Made by a program: the position numbers and the translations under genes. Shown here piece by piece: positions 9,949-19,215 of a DNA stretch of 64,000 nt. The stretch is taken from positions 26,167 to 90,166 of IMG/VR virus record IMGVR_UViG_3300032007_000054; one strand, 5' to 3'. The notes under the pieces were generated by a model. The model was not told the DNA's origin. It worked only from the letters and a program-made list of their open reading frames with translations, and did not search any database. Numbering within the stretch: position 1 is the first letter of the stretch; every line of letters starts with the position of its first letter. Source of the stretch: a virus. Its lineage: Duplodnaviria > Caudoviricetes.

Positions 9949-11046
9949 GTGGCACAATTAAAAGATACTGTAATTACTGGAAATCTTCGTGTCACTGACA
10001 CGATCTATGGACATAATCCGCATAATATATACTACGTCAAAGGCACTCAGACAGCGAAAACTGGTACATGGACTGGTGACTTACCAGAAGTTGCTGAACT
10101 TTACGAAGGCTTGGTTATTGATTACTGGCTACCTTTTGAGGGTAGTGGAAGTGCGACGCTCAATCTCACCTTGAAAGGTGGCGCGACATCCGGAGCAGTC
10201 AATATGTATTATGGTGGAACGACAAGGCTAACAACGCATTTACCGGCTAATTATGTTGGACAATTCATCTATCAGACGGTGACTATCAGCGGAACGAACT
10301 ACACAGGATGGTGGATGCTTCGTTCATATACTGATGGCAATACTACCGATATTGTTAATCTTTATCAAGGGTCGGGGGCTTATCAGGCTGACAGTGCTGT
10401 CTATCGTTATCAGCTATTATTCCAGATGGATGAAAACAAATTGACTCCGCTGAATAACAATAGTAATGTGACTGGAACAACAAAGACGATGCTTACCAAT
10501 GTCGAGTTTGACCCGTTTGGCTATATCTTCTATTACAACAGTACGACAACAGTCAATGCAAACGGTAACATGACAACTGCGCTGTACTATCAGCGTAACA
10601 GCGTTGACCTTCGTTACACATTCAATTGTGGTCAGACTTTAACAGCTCATAAGATGCTTTATTTGAAATTAAGTCTTCAGTCAAATGGCAAAGTAAAGAT
10701 CGCTAATGCGACGCCATGGACGCACGATCTTCCAACAACAAACGATGGGTATTTATATTTGCTTCTTGGGCGGACTTATAGCACTTATCAGTTCGCTTTG
10801 TTCAAAGAGCATCCGATCTATTATCATGATGGAACAAGTTTACGTAATTATGTCAAAATGGATCTTGCAACACAATCTAATTCAGGATTAATGTCCTCCG
10901 CAGATAAAACAAAGATTGACAGTATTGGTGGAACAACAACCACTTATTATAGTGCGACAGAAACAATAGAATTTATGTTTTCATTTTCTGGATCGCATGC
11001 TACTTATTATGATGAAACGGAAATGCTTGATTTTATGCTTTCATAA
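9949..11046 (+). CDS. Tail fibre paralog
   Basis: MAQLKD start; ~290 aa homologous to the N-terminal region of 4791-8144. Confidence 0.8.
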   Translation: MAQLKDTVITGNLRVTDTIYGHNPHNIYYVKGTQTAKTGTWTGDLPEVAELYEGLVIDYWLPFEGSGSATLNLTLKGGATSGAVNMYYGGTTRLTTHLPANYVGQFIYQTVTISGTNYTGWWMLRSYTDGNTTDIVNLYQGSGAYQADSAVYRYQLLFQMDENKLTPLNNNSNVTGTTKTMLTNVEFDPFGYIFYYNSTTTVNANGNMTTALYYQRNSVDLRYTFNCGQTLTAHKMLYLKLSLQSNGKVKIANATPWTHDLPTTNDGYLYLLLGRTYSTYQFALFKEHPIYYHDGTSLRNYVKMDLATQSNSGLMSSADKTKIDSIGGTTTTYYSATETIEFMFSFSGSHATYYDETEMLDFMLS

Positions 11047-11055
11047 GGAGAAACT

Positions 11056-11313
11056 ATGCCGAATGTAAGTAAAGTTATTTATGAAAATGAAGTCCTGATC
11101 GATTTGACTGCAGATACAGTGAATGAAGGAAATCTCATGTACGGCATTACGGCTCATTCTTGTGAAGGCCGTATTATTACCGGCATGGTCACACTGTATA
11201 ATGGCGAAAAAATCAGTCCAGCCTTTTCAGTAGATGAGAATGAAACTTTGATCCTTGTAGCCGGAACCGGTAATGAAGATCGAATCGTATTTGGACCAAT
11301 TGATAATAGTTAG
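11056..11313 (+). CDS. Small tail fibre-associated protein
   Basis: MPNVSKVIYENEVLIDLTADTV module; RBS AAGGAG. Confidence 0.6.
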   Translation: MPNVSKVIYENEVLIDLTADTVNEGNLMYGITAHSCEGRIITGMVTLYNGEKISPAFSVDENETLILVAGTGNEDRIVFGPIDNS

Positions 11314-11535
11314 CGATTTAGGCTTCAAAATGGTTGATCCAGAGCCGGCTAAAATTTTAAATTCTGGTAACATCATGAAGCTTTAATTATATATTTTGGC
11401 TGATTCAGCCAGTTATTATTCATCCTTTACCAAAAATCTAGTATTGGTAAAGGCCTTTCAGGGTTAATCTATAATTAGTATTAGGCCGGATGTAGTTTTT
11501 ATGTCCGTCCTTTTACTTTTTTTAATTGAGGTTTT

Positions 11536-11826
11536 ATGGCTGATATTTCAAAAGTAAAAATTAATTATGATACTTATGACATAAAAGACGCTAATGCGCG
11601 TTCGCGTCTTGATGTTATTGAAGAACAGGGAACTGTCAGCGCATGGGGTGATATTAATGGCACGTTATCCAATCAGACTGATCTTCAGGCTGCACTTGAT
11701 GTAAAACTAAGTTATTCAGGTGCAACGGCAAGCACTCATCCCGAGTATACGATCTCTTTAGTCGATCTTGTTGATGGAGCATCGGAGCTTTCTGCCGGAT
11801 CATTATATTTTTACTATGAGGTATAA
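11536..11826 (+). CDS. Small virion protein
   Basis: MADISKVKIN..TYDIKD module shared with 4791 and 13582; WGDINGTLSNQTDLQAAL fibre motif. Confidence 0.6.
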   Translation: MADISKVKINYDTYDIKDANARSRLDVIEEQGTVSAWGDINGTLSNQTDLQAALDVKLSYSGATASTHPEYTISLVDLVDGASELSAGSLYFYYEV

Positions 11827-11828
11827 AC

Positions 11829-13139
11829 ATGGGAAAAGTTTATGCTTCCGGCGGAAATGTGCAATATCTTAATTTACCAAATGAATATACTCAGGTTGAG
11901 TATATTGAAAGCAATGGATATGAATATATTGATTCCGGAGTTGTATTATCTTCAGCCACTACAGTAGAAGCTGATTTTCAAATGACTGAAAAAAAATATG
12001 GTTATGGAAATTATGTTTTTGGTTGTATGGATGCTTCTTTGGAATGTTCTTTAAGAACTGGAATTGAAAAAACAAATTATCGCGACGGAGAAGGTAGCAC
12101 GATATCTTATTCACAGACATCTGATATTTTTGCAAGAACTACAGTAACTGCAATACCAAGATCTGGAACTAATACTTCAAACAAGACTATGACAATTTTT
12201 AAATCTCGGAGACAAAGAACATCTGAAGGTCCATTCACATTAGAAGGATCCGGAAGGCTTAAATTATATTCTTTAAAGATGTATGAGAATGATGTTCTGA
12301 TCCGTGATTTTGTCCCATGCATTAGAAAATCTGATTCTGTTCATGGACTGTACGACATTGTTGGTGAAACTTTTTATATGAGTGAAATAACGATCCCATC
12401 AGAGTATCAGCAGGTAGAGTATATTGAATCTACTGGAACACAGTATATTGATACAGGATATAAAACAACAGTGAATACTGGATCTTATATAACTTTTATT
12501 ACAAGTAATAGTATTGGCACGAGTGGTCATGGTTCTATTTTTGGTGCCCGTAAAAGTACAGAAAAAAGATATCATCTTGAAACATGGACTCCTGATAGTA
12601 GCCGTTCAGGAAGTTTTTGGATTGGTGCAAATGAGGCTGTAACTGATCCTAAAATTATTCCAAATGAAAAACTAACAATTGCCCATTCTGTTACAACAAA
12701 TACCAGTGCCAGAAATGATAATAGTTATGTTAGCACAGCAGGGGTTTCTGTTTTATCAGATCCTTTATGCATTTTTGGTGTAAATAACGATACTATTATA
12801 GGTAATTTTTCAAAAACTAAATTATATGCTTTTTATATTTATGAAAGATATGATGTTGTTCATTCATATATTCCTGTTATTAGAAAAGCAGATCATAAAG
12901 CTGGTTTATATGATACTGTATCCAATTCATTTCTTACAAATTCTGGGACAGGCACTTTCTTATATGGAAATCCATTTCAGGATTTTAATGAAACTGGGCG
13001 TATAGTATTTCCACAGGTTGCTCATAAAACGAAGACAATTTACATTGGAAGAGACAGTGGTGTCGCTAAAAAAGTTAAAAAAGTATATATAGGTGATCCA
13101 AATAATGTTGCCCGTTTGTGTTTTACTGATGGTCAATAA
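11829..13139 (+). CDS. Tail appendage protein with duplicated lectin-like module
   Basis: Two repeats of Y.QVEYIES.G..YID.G ... (F/I)VP.IRK.D...GLYD.V; C-terminal KKVKKVYIG. Confidence 0.65.
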   Translation: MGKVYASGGNVQYLNLPNEYTQVEYIESNGYEYIDSGVVLSSATTVEADFQMTEKKYGYGNYVFGCMDASLECSLRTGIEKTNYRDGEGSTISYSQTSDIFARTTVTAIPRSGTNTSNKTMTIFKSRRQRTSEGPFTLEGSGRLKLYSLKMYENDVLIRDFVPCIRKSDSVHGLYDIVGETFYMSEITIPSEYQQVEYIESTGTQYIDTGYKTTVNTGSYITFITSNSIGTSGHGSIFGARKSTEKRYHLETWTPDSSRSGSFWIGANEAVTDPKIIPNEKLTIAHSVTTNTSARNDNSYVSTAGVSVLSDPLCIFGVNNDTIIGNFSKTKLYAFYIYERYDVVHSYIPVIRKADHKAGLYDTVSNSFLTNSGTGTFLYGNPFQDFNETGRIVFPQVAHKTKTIYIGRDSGVAKKVKKVYIGDPNNVARLCFTDGQ

Positions 13140-13162
13140 AAATATTTAGAAGGAGAATTATT

Positions 13163-13507
13163 ATGACAAACCAAGAACGATGGGATTATTATCAGAGTGG
13201 TGCGCTGCAGCGTGCTACTGCTATTGAACTTCTTGACTGGGCCGGTTATTGGGCTGGTGCTGGACTTGATCCGATTACTGATCCGCTTCAGAAAGAGCAG
13301 ACAAAGAAAGCCATTGAGCTGATCCTTAATGATTTGAGTGGGACTCTTAAAGTTGTTTCTGCTTTGGCAATCAGTGACGATACAATCAAGGCATGCTCTG
13401 TTGATGGTGTCACAGAACAGATCATTAAAACGGTCGTCGTGTCAATTATGGCTAACAAGCTTCGCTGGGTAACGGGTATTGAATTTCTTCCGGAAGTCGA
13501 AGAATAA
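13163..13507 (+). CDS. Hypothetical protein, possible fibre chaperone
   Basis: RBS AAGGAG; paralog of 15164-15472 (W..YWA..G.D.I.DP). Confidence 0.6.
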   Translation: MTNQERWDYYQSGALQRATAIELLDWAGYWAGAGLDPITDPLQKEQTKKAIELILNDLSGTLKVVSALAISDDTIKACSVDGVTEQIIKTVVVSIMANKLRWVTGIEFLPEVEE

Positions 13508-13581
13508 GATATCGGCTTGGTAAAAACTGTGTAGAAGTTATTGATATTTTTATGCAGTTTTTCATATCAGAAAGGGATTTT

Positions 13582-13995
13582 ATGTCTAATATTTCAAAAG
13601 TTAGGGTAAACGGTACTGTTTATGACATAAAAGATACTGAAGCCAGAACAGGTCTTCTTGCAAAGATTAGTGATGCTCCTACTGACGGAGAAGAATACGT
13701 TCGAAAGAATGGAGAATGGGCAATTTCATCTGGCAGTAGTGGAGAAAGTGGTAATGCCCAAGTTATGTATTACTATCAGCAACCAGTTAATACAGCAACG
13801 AACGCAGAAATTTTCCGCATTACAAATTCAAAAATTAATACAGATACCGTTGTACTTGAATGTACATTCGAAAACCCGTCATATATTACAAGTGATGTGA
13901 CTTGGACAAGTTATGAAGGCTATATCGCATTTACTGGAACTTGTACAACAGCAACAACTGCCAATGTGACGATGGCGTATAAAACAGATCTTTAG
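13582..13995 (+). CDS. Small virion protein
   Basis: ATG 13582, MSNISKVRVNGTVYDIKD; DAPTDGEEYVRKNGEW fibre motif. Confidence 0.6.
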   Translation: MSNISKVRVNGTVYDIKDTEARTGLLAKISDAPTDGEEYVRKNGEWAISSGSSGESGNAQVMYYYQQPVNTATNAEIFRITNSKINTDTVVLECTFENPSYITSDVTWTSYEGYIAFTGTCTTATTANVTMAYKTDL

Positions 13996-14139
13996 AGTAG
14001 CTAATATTTGGGTCGATTCAAGTACGAACCATATTATGTGTAGCGTTATAAATACGGCATCGACTACTAAGAGTTTTGCATCAGGTCACTCCATAATAAT
14101 TCATGAATTTTATTAGTAAACTTAAAGAGGAAAATAATT

Positions 14140-14463
14140 ATGATTAAACAATCATTTTACACAACAATTGAAAATCAGGTACGTTCAGATGATTCAAAAG
14201 GGCTTCTTTACGATCATTACACCAATTACGAACAGGCATTGGCAAAATATTTTACGATTTGTGCTGCTGCCTCTGTATCTGGAATCCCGTACCATTCTGC
14301 TCATCTGCTTCAGGATGATGGGCGTATAATCATGCAACAAATCTTTGACCGAAGACCTGCAATTGAGCCAGGACCAGAACCGGAGCCAGAACCGGAAGGT
14401 GGTGAAGAAGAATCTGACGAAGAAGAACCTATTGTTGAAGTCGATGGAGAACCGACTGAATAG
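14140..14463 (+). CDS. Hypothetical protein with acidic PE-repeat tail
   Basis: ORF with RBS; EPGPEPEPEPEGGEEES C-terminus. Confidence 0.6.
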   Translation: MIKQSFYTTIENQVRSDDSKGLLYDHYTNYEQALAKYFTICAAASVSGIPYHSAHLLQDDGRIIMQQIFDRRPAIEPGPEPEPEPEGGEEESDEEEPIVEVDGEPTE

Positions 14464-14471
14464 GAGATTTT

Positions 14472-15164
14472 ATGGCGACTGGAACTATTCAGGTTATACA
14501 AAATGATATTCGTGATAAATGGTATTTAGCTAATGGCTTAACTGAAAATGATGTTATTGCAGCCTATCAATTTGCCTTCGCGCCATCTGAAGCAGATGCC
14601 CTTGTTAATATAAACGAGGGAACTAAATATACTTTAAGAAAAGGAAGTGCTGTACGATGGCGATATTGTTCCGGAATGGATTTTTTAGAAGCAAATCAAA
14701 ATGTTTGGGTGGATAATTCAACTATAAAAAGTATGGCTAATAATGTTAAGGCTTGCGTTTTCGGTTTTCATATGAAAAATTATGCTGTTGGTAATATGAT
14801 TGGAATGTATTTGACAGACAGTAGATGGCTTGGACATAATCAGCATTTAACATCTGGTACACAATGGGGTTTTGTGATGAATGGTGGTAATGGATGGAGA
14901 TCTACTGGTTGGAGATCTCAAACTGGAATTTTAGGATGCAATTTTGAAGCAAATTATATTTATGTTGATGGTGTGAAATATGGAACATCAACAATAAACC
15001 CGCCTTATGGTCGGGGGTATGGTGTCCTAACATATCAAGCTGGTGATCTTGGTAATGCAAGCGGAATGATTTGTCCAGCATTAGTTTTATATAATAAAGC
15101 GTTGACTGATGCACAACATATAGAGGTTGCTAAAAATATTACAGACTTAGGAGCAATTAGATAA
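14472..15164 (+). CDS. Putative receptor-binding protein
   Basis: WYLANGLTENDVIAAYQF..LYNKALTDAQH, paralogous to 2484-3365. Confidence 0.55.
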   Translation: MATGTIQVIQNDIRDKWYLANGLTENDVIAAYQFAFAPSEADALVNINEGTKYTLRKGSAVRWRYCSGMDFLEANQNVWVDNSTIKSMANNVKACVFGFHMKNYAVGNMIGMYLTDSRWLGHNQHLTSGTQWGFVMNGGNGWRSTGWRSQTGILGCNFEANYIYVDGVKYGTSTINPPYGRGYGVLTYQAGDLGNASGMICPALVLYNKALTDAQHIEVAKNITDLGAIR

Positions 15165-15472
15165 TGACTCTTGAAGAACGAAACACAATCTTAAATTCGC
15201 CGTCCTTTCATGATCGTATTCGTGTCGCATTCTGTGACTGGATCAGTTATTGGGCGATTAACGGTACAGACAGTATTGAGGATCCTACACTTCGTAGTCA
15301 GACCGAAAGTATGATTCAAAGTGCTGTTGAAGATATTGATAAATACACCGGCAAAATTACGGTTCTTGCAATTTCTGATGCCGGTGTGATCGAAGCAACT
15401 GAAATCACTGACCAAGTGATTCGTAATGCTGTTACAAGTATTATGTCTAATGCATTGGAGTATTTGATGTAA
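15164..15472 (+). CDS. Hypothetical protein, possible fibre chaperone
   Basis: TAATG coupling; paralog of 13163-13507. Confidence 0.6.
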   Translation: MTLEERNTILNSPSFHDRIRVAFCDWISYWAINGTDSIEDPTLRSQTESMIQSAVEDIDKYTGKITVLAISDAGVIEATEITDQVIRNAVTSIMSNALEYLM

Positions 15473-15475
15473 ATA

Positions 15476-15497
15476 AAAAGGGCTACGTAGCTTTTCA
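15476..15497 (+). terminator. Probable terminator ending the late operon
   Basis: AAAAGggctacgtagCTTTT with inner GCTAC-GTAGC right after the last tail gene. Confidence 0.35.
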
Positions 15498-15741
15498 TTC
15501 CTACATTATTCCTCCAATTTCAGCACTTTTTACGAGTAAAATTACCTTAATTAAATTATGGCTGATTTCGCTTAATTCCTTCAAAATGGTTTAATTTACT
15601 CGTAAATAGAAGTTTTTAAGTGCTGTATAAATGTCATAAAAAGCGGTACATTCCTACAAGTTACATACATTTAAGTTCATACAAAACTTAATTGATATTT
15701 TGTTGTAGGAATGTACTGTTTTTACATTGCGAAAAATGCAT
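15498..15741. other. Putative attP region
   Basis: Non-coding, downstream of integrase; perfect 14-bp IR GTACATTCCTACAA (15646-15659) / TTGTAGGAATGTAC (15703-15716), plus a TTTACGAGTAAA / TTTACTCGTAAA IR. Confidence 0.5.
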
Positions 15742-16980
15742 CTATTTTATTTTTTCGATTTCCGACTTTAGCCATTCATCGGATCTTGTAGTATAAACTG
15801 ATTCTGTGATATCAGTGATTGTATGGCCGACAATATATTTAATTGCATACTCATTCAGTTCGTATTTCTTTGCTTGTGTGACGAAATGATCACGCCCATC
15901 ATGCGGTTTATGCTCAGGATTCAAACCAAGAGTCTCTACAATGAATTTCATGTCTTCCCAGAAGTCAGTATAGCGGTATCTATGATATTTTACTTTGCCA
16001 CTGCTGAAGACTGTTTTTCCTGTAAAAAGATATTCTGAGTCTGCTTCGACTGATTCATCATATCGTTTTTTAACCAAATCATAGATTTTTGAATGGATCG
16101 GTACAGTACGGTTGGTTCCGGCTTTTGTCTTCATACCGCCGATCATGATTCCTTTTTCAAGATCAACATTCTCAAGTCTCAGCAGTTCCATTTCTTTCGG
16201 ACGCCAGCCGGAATAACATTGGATCAGGATAATATCGATTCCTTCATACTTATAGATATTTTCCCAGAGAATTTTCATCTCTTTATCCGTGTACGGGATA
16301 TGGTGCCGTACATCCGGATCATATTTTGAATTGATCAGCATCGACATCTTGAATCCGCGGGAACAATTCTTGTCAACCAGATCATAAGCAACTGCATAAT
16401 CCAGCATCTTGTTAAAAGTAATCTTGATTCGATCCTTGATCTGCGGTGTGGCAGTCTTAATAACTCCTTTTCGGTCAATCTTTACTTCATTCATACAGTA
16501 TAAAATGTGCTTTGGACGAAGCTCGGTTACTTTCAGTTTTTCTATTTCTTTGCAATAACGCCAGGCACTTCTTGTCGATTCTATAACCGCTTTTCCAGCT
16601 TCTTCAAAGAATTTGGAACTCCATTTTTCGTATAATTCTCCTACGGTCAGCGCATTTTGGAATACATATGGATTCTTGTTATATTCCAACAGTGCCTGAT
16701 AAGCATCATTATAGGTTTCAAAATAAGCTTCCGGCTGCAGAAGTCTGCTTACCGGTTTTCCTTCGTCGTCCTTTCCAATCGTGACCATGGCTCGGAAAGG
16801 CTTACGAAGATTCATTCCTTTCAGCTCTGATATTTGTCCGAAGCCATTTGGCAGCCGGCGCCTTTTTGCCTGTTTTCTTCGTTTTGATGTACTTTCATTT
16901 TTCAGCGGATATCCGCAATGCGGACAGCTTATTGCTTTATCACTTACCGGCAGATCACATTCTGGGCATTTCGTTAACAT
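15742..16980 (-). CDS. int: Tyrosine integrase with N-terminal zinc ribbon
   Basis: CPEC..CPHCG; catalytic R (GWRPKE), K (GGMKT), HxxR (HDGR), H (VGH), Y (VYT). Confidence 0.92.
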   Translation of the reverse strand: MLTKCPECDLPVSDKAISCPHCGYPLKNESTSKRRKQAKRRRLPNGFGQISELKGMNLRKPFRAMVTIGKDDEGKPVSRLLQPEAYFETYNDAYQALLEYNKNPYVFQNALTVGELYEKWSSKFFEEAGKAVIESTRSAWRYCKEIEKLKVTELRPKHILYCMNEVKIDRKGVIKTATPQIKDRIKITFNKMLDYAVAYDLVDKNCSRGFKMSMLINSKYDPDVRHHIPYTDKEMKILWENIYKYEGIDIILIQCYSGWRPKEMELLRLENVDLEKGIMIGGMKTKAGTNRTVPIHSKIYDLVKKRYDESVEADSEYLFTGKTVFSSGKVKYHRYRYTDFWEDMKFIVETLGLNPEHKPHDGRDHFVTQAKKYELNEYAIKYIVGHTITDITESVYTTRSDEWLKSEIEKIK

Positions 16981-17021
16981 TGATATTTTCTCTCCTTGTA
17001 GGAGTTAATTATAATCCTACA

Positions 17022-17080
17022 TTTTGCATCTCCTATAGTGAGAGGACAAGGATGATCCTCTTGTGTTTTTAGAAAAGGAG
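17022..17080 (+). repeat. Cassette head repeat (promoter-like motif + leader hairpin + RBS), copy 1
   Basis: TTTTGCATCTCCTATAGTGAGAGGACAAGGATGATCCTCTTGTGTTTTTAGAAAAGGAG; near-identical copies at ~18724, ~19151, ~19581. Confidence 0.9.
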
Positions 17081-17086
17081 TGAAAA

Positions 17087-17266
17087 ATGGAATATTTTGA
17101 TGTATTGTATTATGTTGTTGATAGGAAAACAAACAATTTGCTATTTAACGGGCATGGAAACCCGTTTTACAGTGATGTACTGGAAGCTATGCTGATTATG
17201 CAGAAAGCTCATCCGGAAATGGATTTGGAAATTATTGAAGGGTCTTATACCCTTTTTGATAATTAA
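17087..17266 (+). CDS. Small cassette protein (59 aa)
   Basis: Read manually: AAGGAG-ATG 17087, MEYFDVLYYVVDRK...; stop abuts GCCC-GCAA-GGGC hairpin. Confidence 0.7.
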   Translation: MEYFDVLYYVVDRKTNNLLFNGHGNPFYSDVLEAMLIMQKAHPEMDLEIIEGSYTLFDN

Positions 17267-17290
17267 GCCCGCAAGGGCTTTTATTTTTTA
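17266..17290 (+). terminator. Repeated intrinsic terminator GCCC-(GCAA/GCAT/TACAT)-GGGC + U-tract
   Basis: Copies at 17266, 17839, 18693, 19130, 19561, 20004, 20319, 27411, 45634, 47152, 47381, 52435, each just after a stop codon. Confidence 0.85.
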
Positions 17291-17340
17291 CATCTCCTAT
17301 AGTGAAGACAATGTCTGTCTTCGAGATTTTAGGAGGAAAA

Positions 17341-17424
17341 ATGGAAAATGTTGTATATAAGTTGTCCACAGAAGAATTGTGGAAATTGTTGATTTGGTTT
17401 GCATCTGTAGAAAGGAGCAAATAA
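17341..17424 (+). CDS. Micro-protein (27 aa)
   Basis: AGGAGG RBS, MENVVYKLSTEELWKLLIWFASVERSK, TAATG-coupled to next gene. Confidence 0.5.
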   Translation: MENVVYKLSTEELWKLLIWFASVERSK

Positions 17425-17834
17425 TGAAAATATTAGAGTACTTTAAAAACAGAATAAAGTTGTATAAAGTACGAAAAGAAAGAGAAGTTCTTTCCTGCTA
17501 TATTGAGGCAGGATTAAAAAGAAAAGGTGTGTTGATCGCTTTGTGCGAAAAACGCTATATGGACTATGTATTAAAAGAGTCCAGAGTTAAATGTTTATTC
17601 AGTTCAATAGAAGATTTTCGAAACTATATGTTTAAGTTCGAATTTCCATATATTGAAAATAGTTGTTTTCTGTATGGAAAACAGCAAAAAGAATTGGATC
17701 GTAATAAAGAAAAATTATTACGAGAGGATTGTAATCCAGAGCATATTGTATTGCATTATAGTTCTGGAGATCCATCTATTTGTAAATACGATTATGTTTT
17801 ATATGCAGAATGCATTGACGTAATTGGAAAATAA
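17424..17834 (+). CDS. Hypothetical cassette protein
   Basis: ATG 17424 with AAGGAG; stop followed by repeat terminator. Confidence 0.7.
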   Translation: MKILEYFKNRIKLYKVRKEREVLSCYIEAGLKRKGVLIALCEKRYMDYVLKESRVKCLFSSIEDFRNYMFKFEFPYIENSCFLYGKQQKELDRNKEKLLREDCNPEHIVLHYSSGDPSICKYDYVLYAECIDVIGK

Positions 17835-17919
17835 TAAGGCCCGCAAGGGCTTTTATTTTTTACAACTCCTTTTAATTTTTGCCTTGAATTATGCACCTAT
17901 TCTAATAATGGAGGTGCAT

Positions 17920-18264
17920 ATGATTTCTATAGAATTCCAGCAAATTACTTATACAAATGGCTATAAAGTCAGACCAAGTCATCCTGTGGAGTGTCCAGAT
18001 TGTAAGGACGGCCTTGCCATGTGGCGATATGGATTTCGTCTGCGCAAAGTAAAAGATTTTCAGGGCAAATCCTATCAGATCAACCTGCAGCGGTATTACT
18101 GTCCGAAGTGCAGAAAGATATTTGTCATCCTACCGTCATTCCTGATCCCTTTCAAACAATATGATCGTGAGACTATTGCTAAAGTTCAAAATGGATTAAT
18201 TCAGGGATGCGGCGCAAGCTACCAGAGTATTTATCTCTGGATACGATTTTTACATATCCTCTAA
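17920..18264 (+). CDS. Zinc-ribbon protein (DUF6431/transposase-associated-like)
   Basis: CPDC..YG.R.R..I.LQRYYCPKCRKIFVILPSFLIPFKQY; GGAGGT RBS before ATG 17920. Confidence 0.55.
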   Translation: MISIEFQQITYTNGYKVRPSHPVECPDCKDGLAMWRYGFRLRKVKDFQGKSYQINLQRYYCPKCRKIFVILPSFLIPFKQYDRETIAKVQNGLIQGCGASYQSIYLWIRFLHIL

Positions 18265-18307
18265 TGAAGAGATAAAACTATATTCAAATCTCTTCAGGAG
18301 GAAAATT

Positions 18308-18688
18308 ATGTTTAAGAGTAAAAATGAAAAGATCGCTTTTGCGATCGTAATGATTATTGTTTGCGCTTTTAGCGTATGGTTTAACTGGCTTCGGCCGGTG
18401 AAACATGAGGTAAAAATTGCTCCTATGAAATGGGAGCAGCACTATTATGTTGGTGAAAATGGTTCTTATTGTGAAGGAACTGTTTGCCACATTGCTGTTC
18501 ATCAGGATGATGGACATGTATATCGATATATTGATCTGTTCAAAGATTGGACAGATAAAGAAGACGTTGATCGGTACTATTATTTAGCTCCGGTTGGTGT
18601 TGAATTTGAAGATATTGATAAAGCAGTAATTTGGTATTATGGAGAAATTACCGATGAAATAAATAGGTATATTGTATCTGATTACTAA
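18308..18688 (+). CDS. Membrane-anchored hypothetical cassette protein
   Basis: N-terminal hydrophobic helix; promoter motif at 18244, terminator at 18693. Confidence 0.7.
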   Translation: MFKSKNEKIAFAIVMIIVCAFSVWFNWLRPVKHEVKIAPMKWEQHYYVGENGSYCEGTVCHIAVHQDDGHVYRYIDLFKDWTDKEDVDRYYYLAPVGVEFEDIDKAVIWYYGEITDEINRYIVSDY

Positions 18689-18786
18689 TTCTGAGCCCGC
18701 ATGGGCTCTTATTTTTATCGCAAAATTTGCAACTCCTATAATGAGAGGACAAGGATGATCCTCTTATGTTTTAAAAAGGAGTAAAG

Positions 18787-18930
18787 ATGAAAAAGTTTTT
18801 AATTGGAATTATCAAGTACATAACGTACTATTTTGTTGGAACCGCATTTTGTTGCGGATTTTGGTACCTGCTTTTCGGCAGGGATGATAATGGAAAGAAC
18901 AAGTTGGAGAAAGGAGGCAGTAATGCCTAA
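18787..18930 (+). CDS. Small membrane protein (47 aa)
   Basis: AAGGAG-ATG after head repeat; MKKFLIGIIKYITYYFVGTAFCCGFWYLLF. Confidence 0.6.
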   Translation: MKKFLIGIIKYITYYFVGTAFCCGFWYLLFGRDDNGKNKLEKGGSNA

Positions 18931-19123
18931 CTTTGTGAATATGTATTTTGCGATCTGTTTGATCGCATGGGTTGTTGACGTGATTGCCATTGTGGTGATC
19001 ATTGCAGTAAAACCACTGAGGAAGTGGTGTTGGAACAAATACTGGGATCTTACCCGGTTGTTTTGTAAAAAAGCAAATGATTTGTCTTGGGAATTGATTA
19101 ACGATAAATTCTCAAACGAATAA
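18923..19123 (+). CDS. Small membrane protein
   Basis: AAGGAGG-ATG 18923; hydrophobic segment; followed by terminator. Confidence 0.65.
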   Translation: MPNFVNMYFAICLIAWVVDVIAIVVIIAVKPLRKWCWNKYWDLTRLFCKKANDLSWELINDKFSNE

Positions 19124-19215
19124 AATCCTGAGCCCTACATGGGCTCTTATTTTTTACATCTCCTAATATGGAGGACAAGAATGATCCTCTTAGTTGTTTA
19201 GAAAAGGAGATAAAA

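Noticed and set aside
2484-15164. Diversity-generating retroelement
   Set aside because: No reverse transcriptase in the window, and the duplicated segments do not differ specifically at adenines
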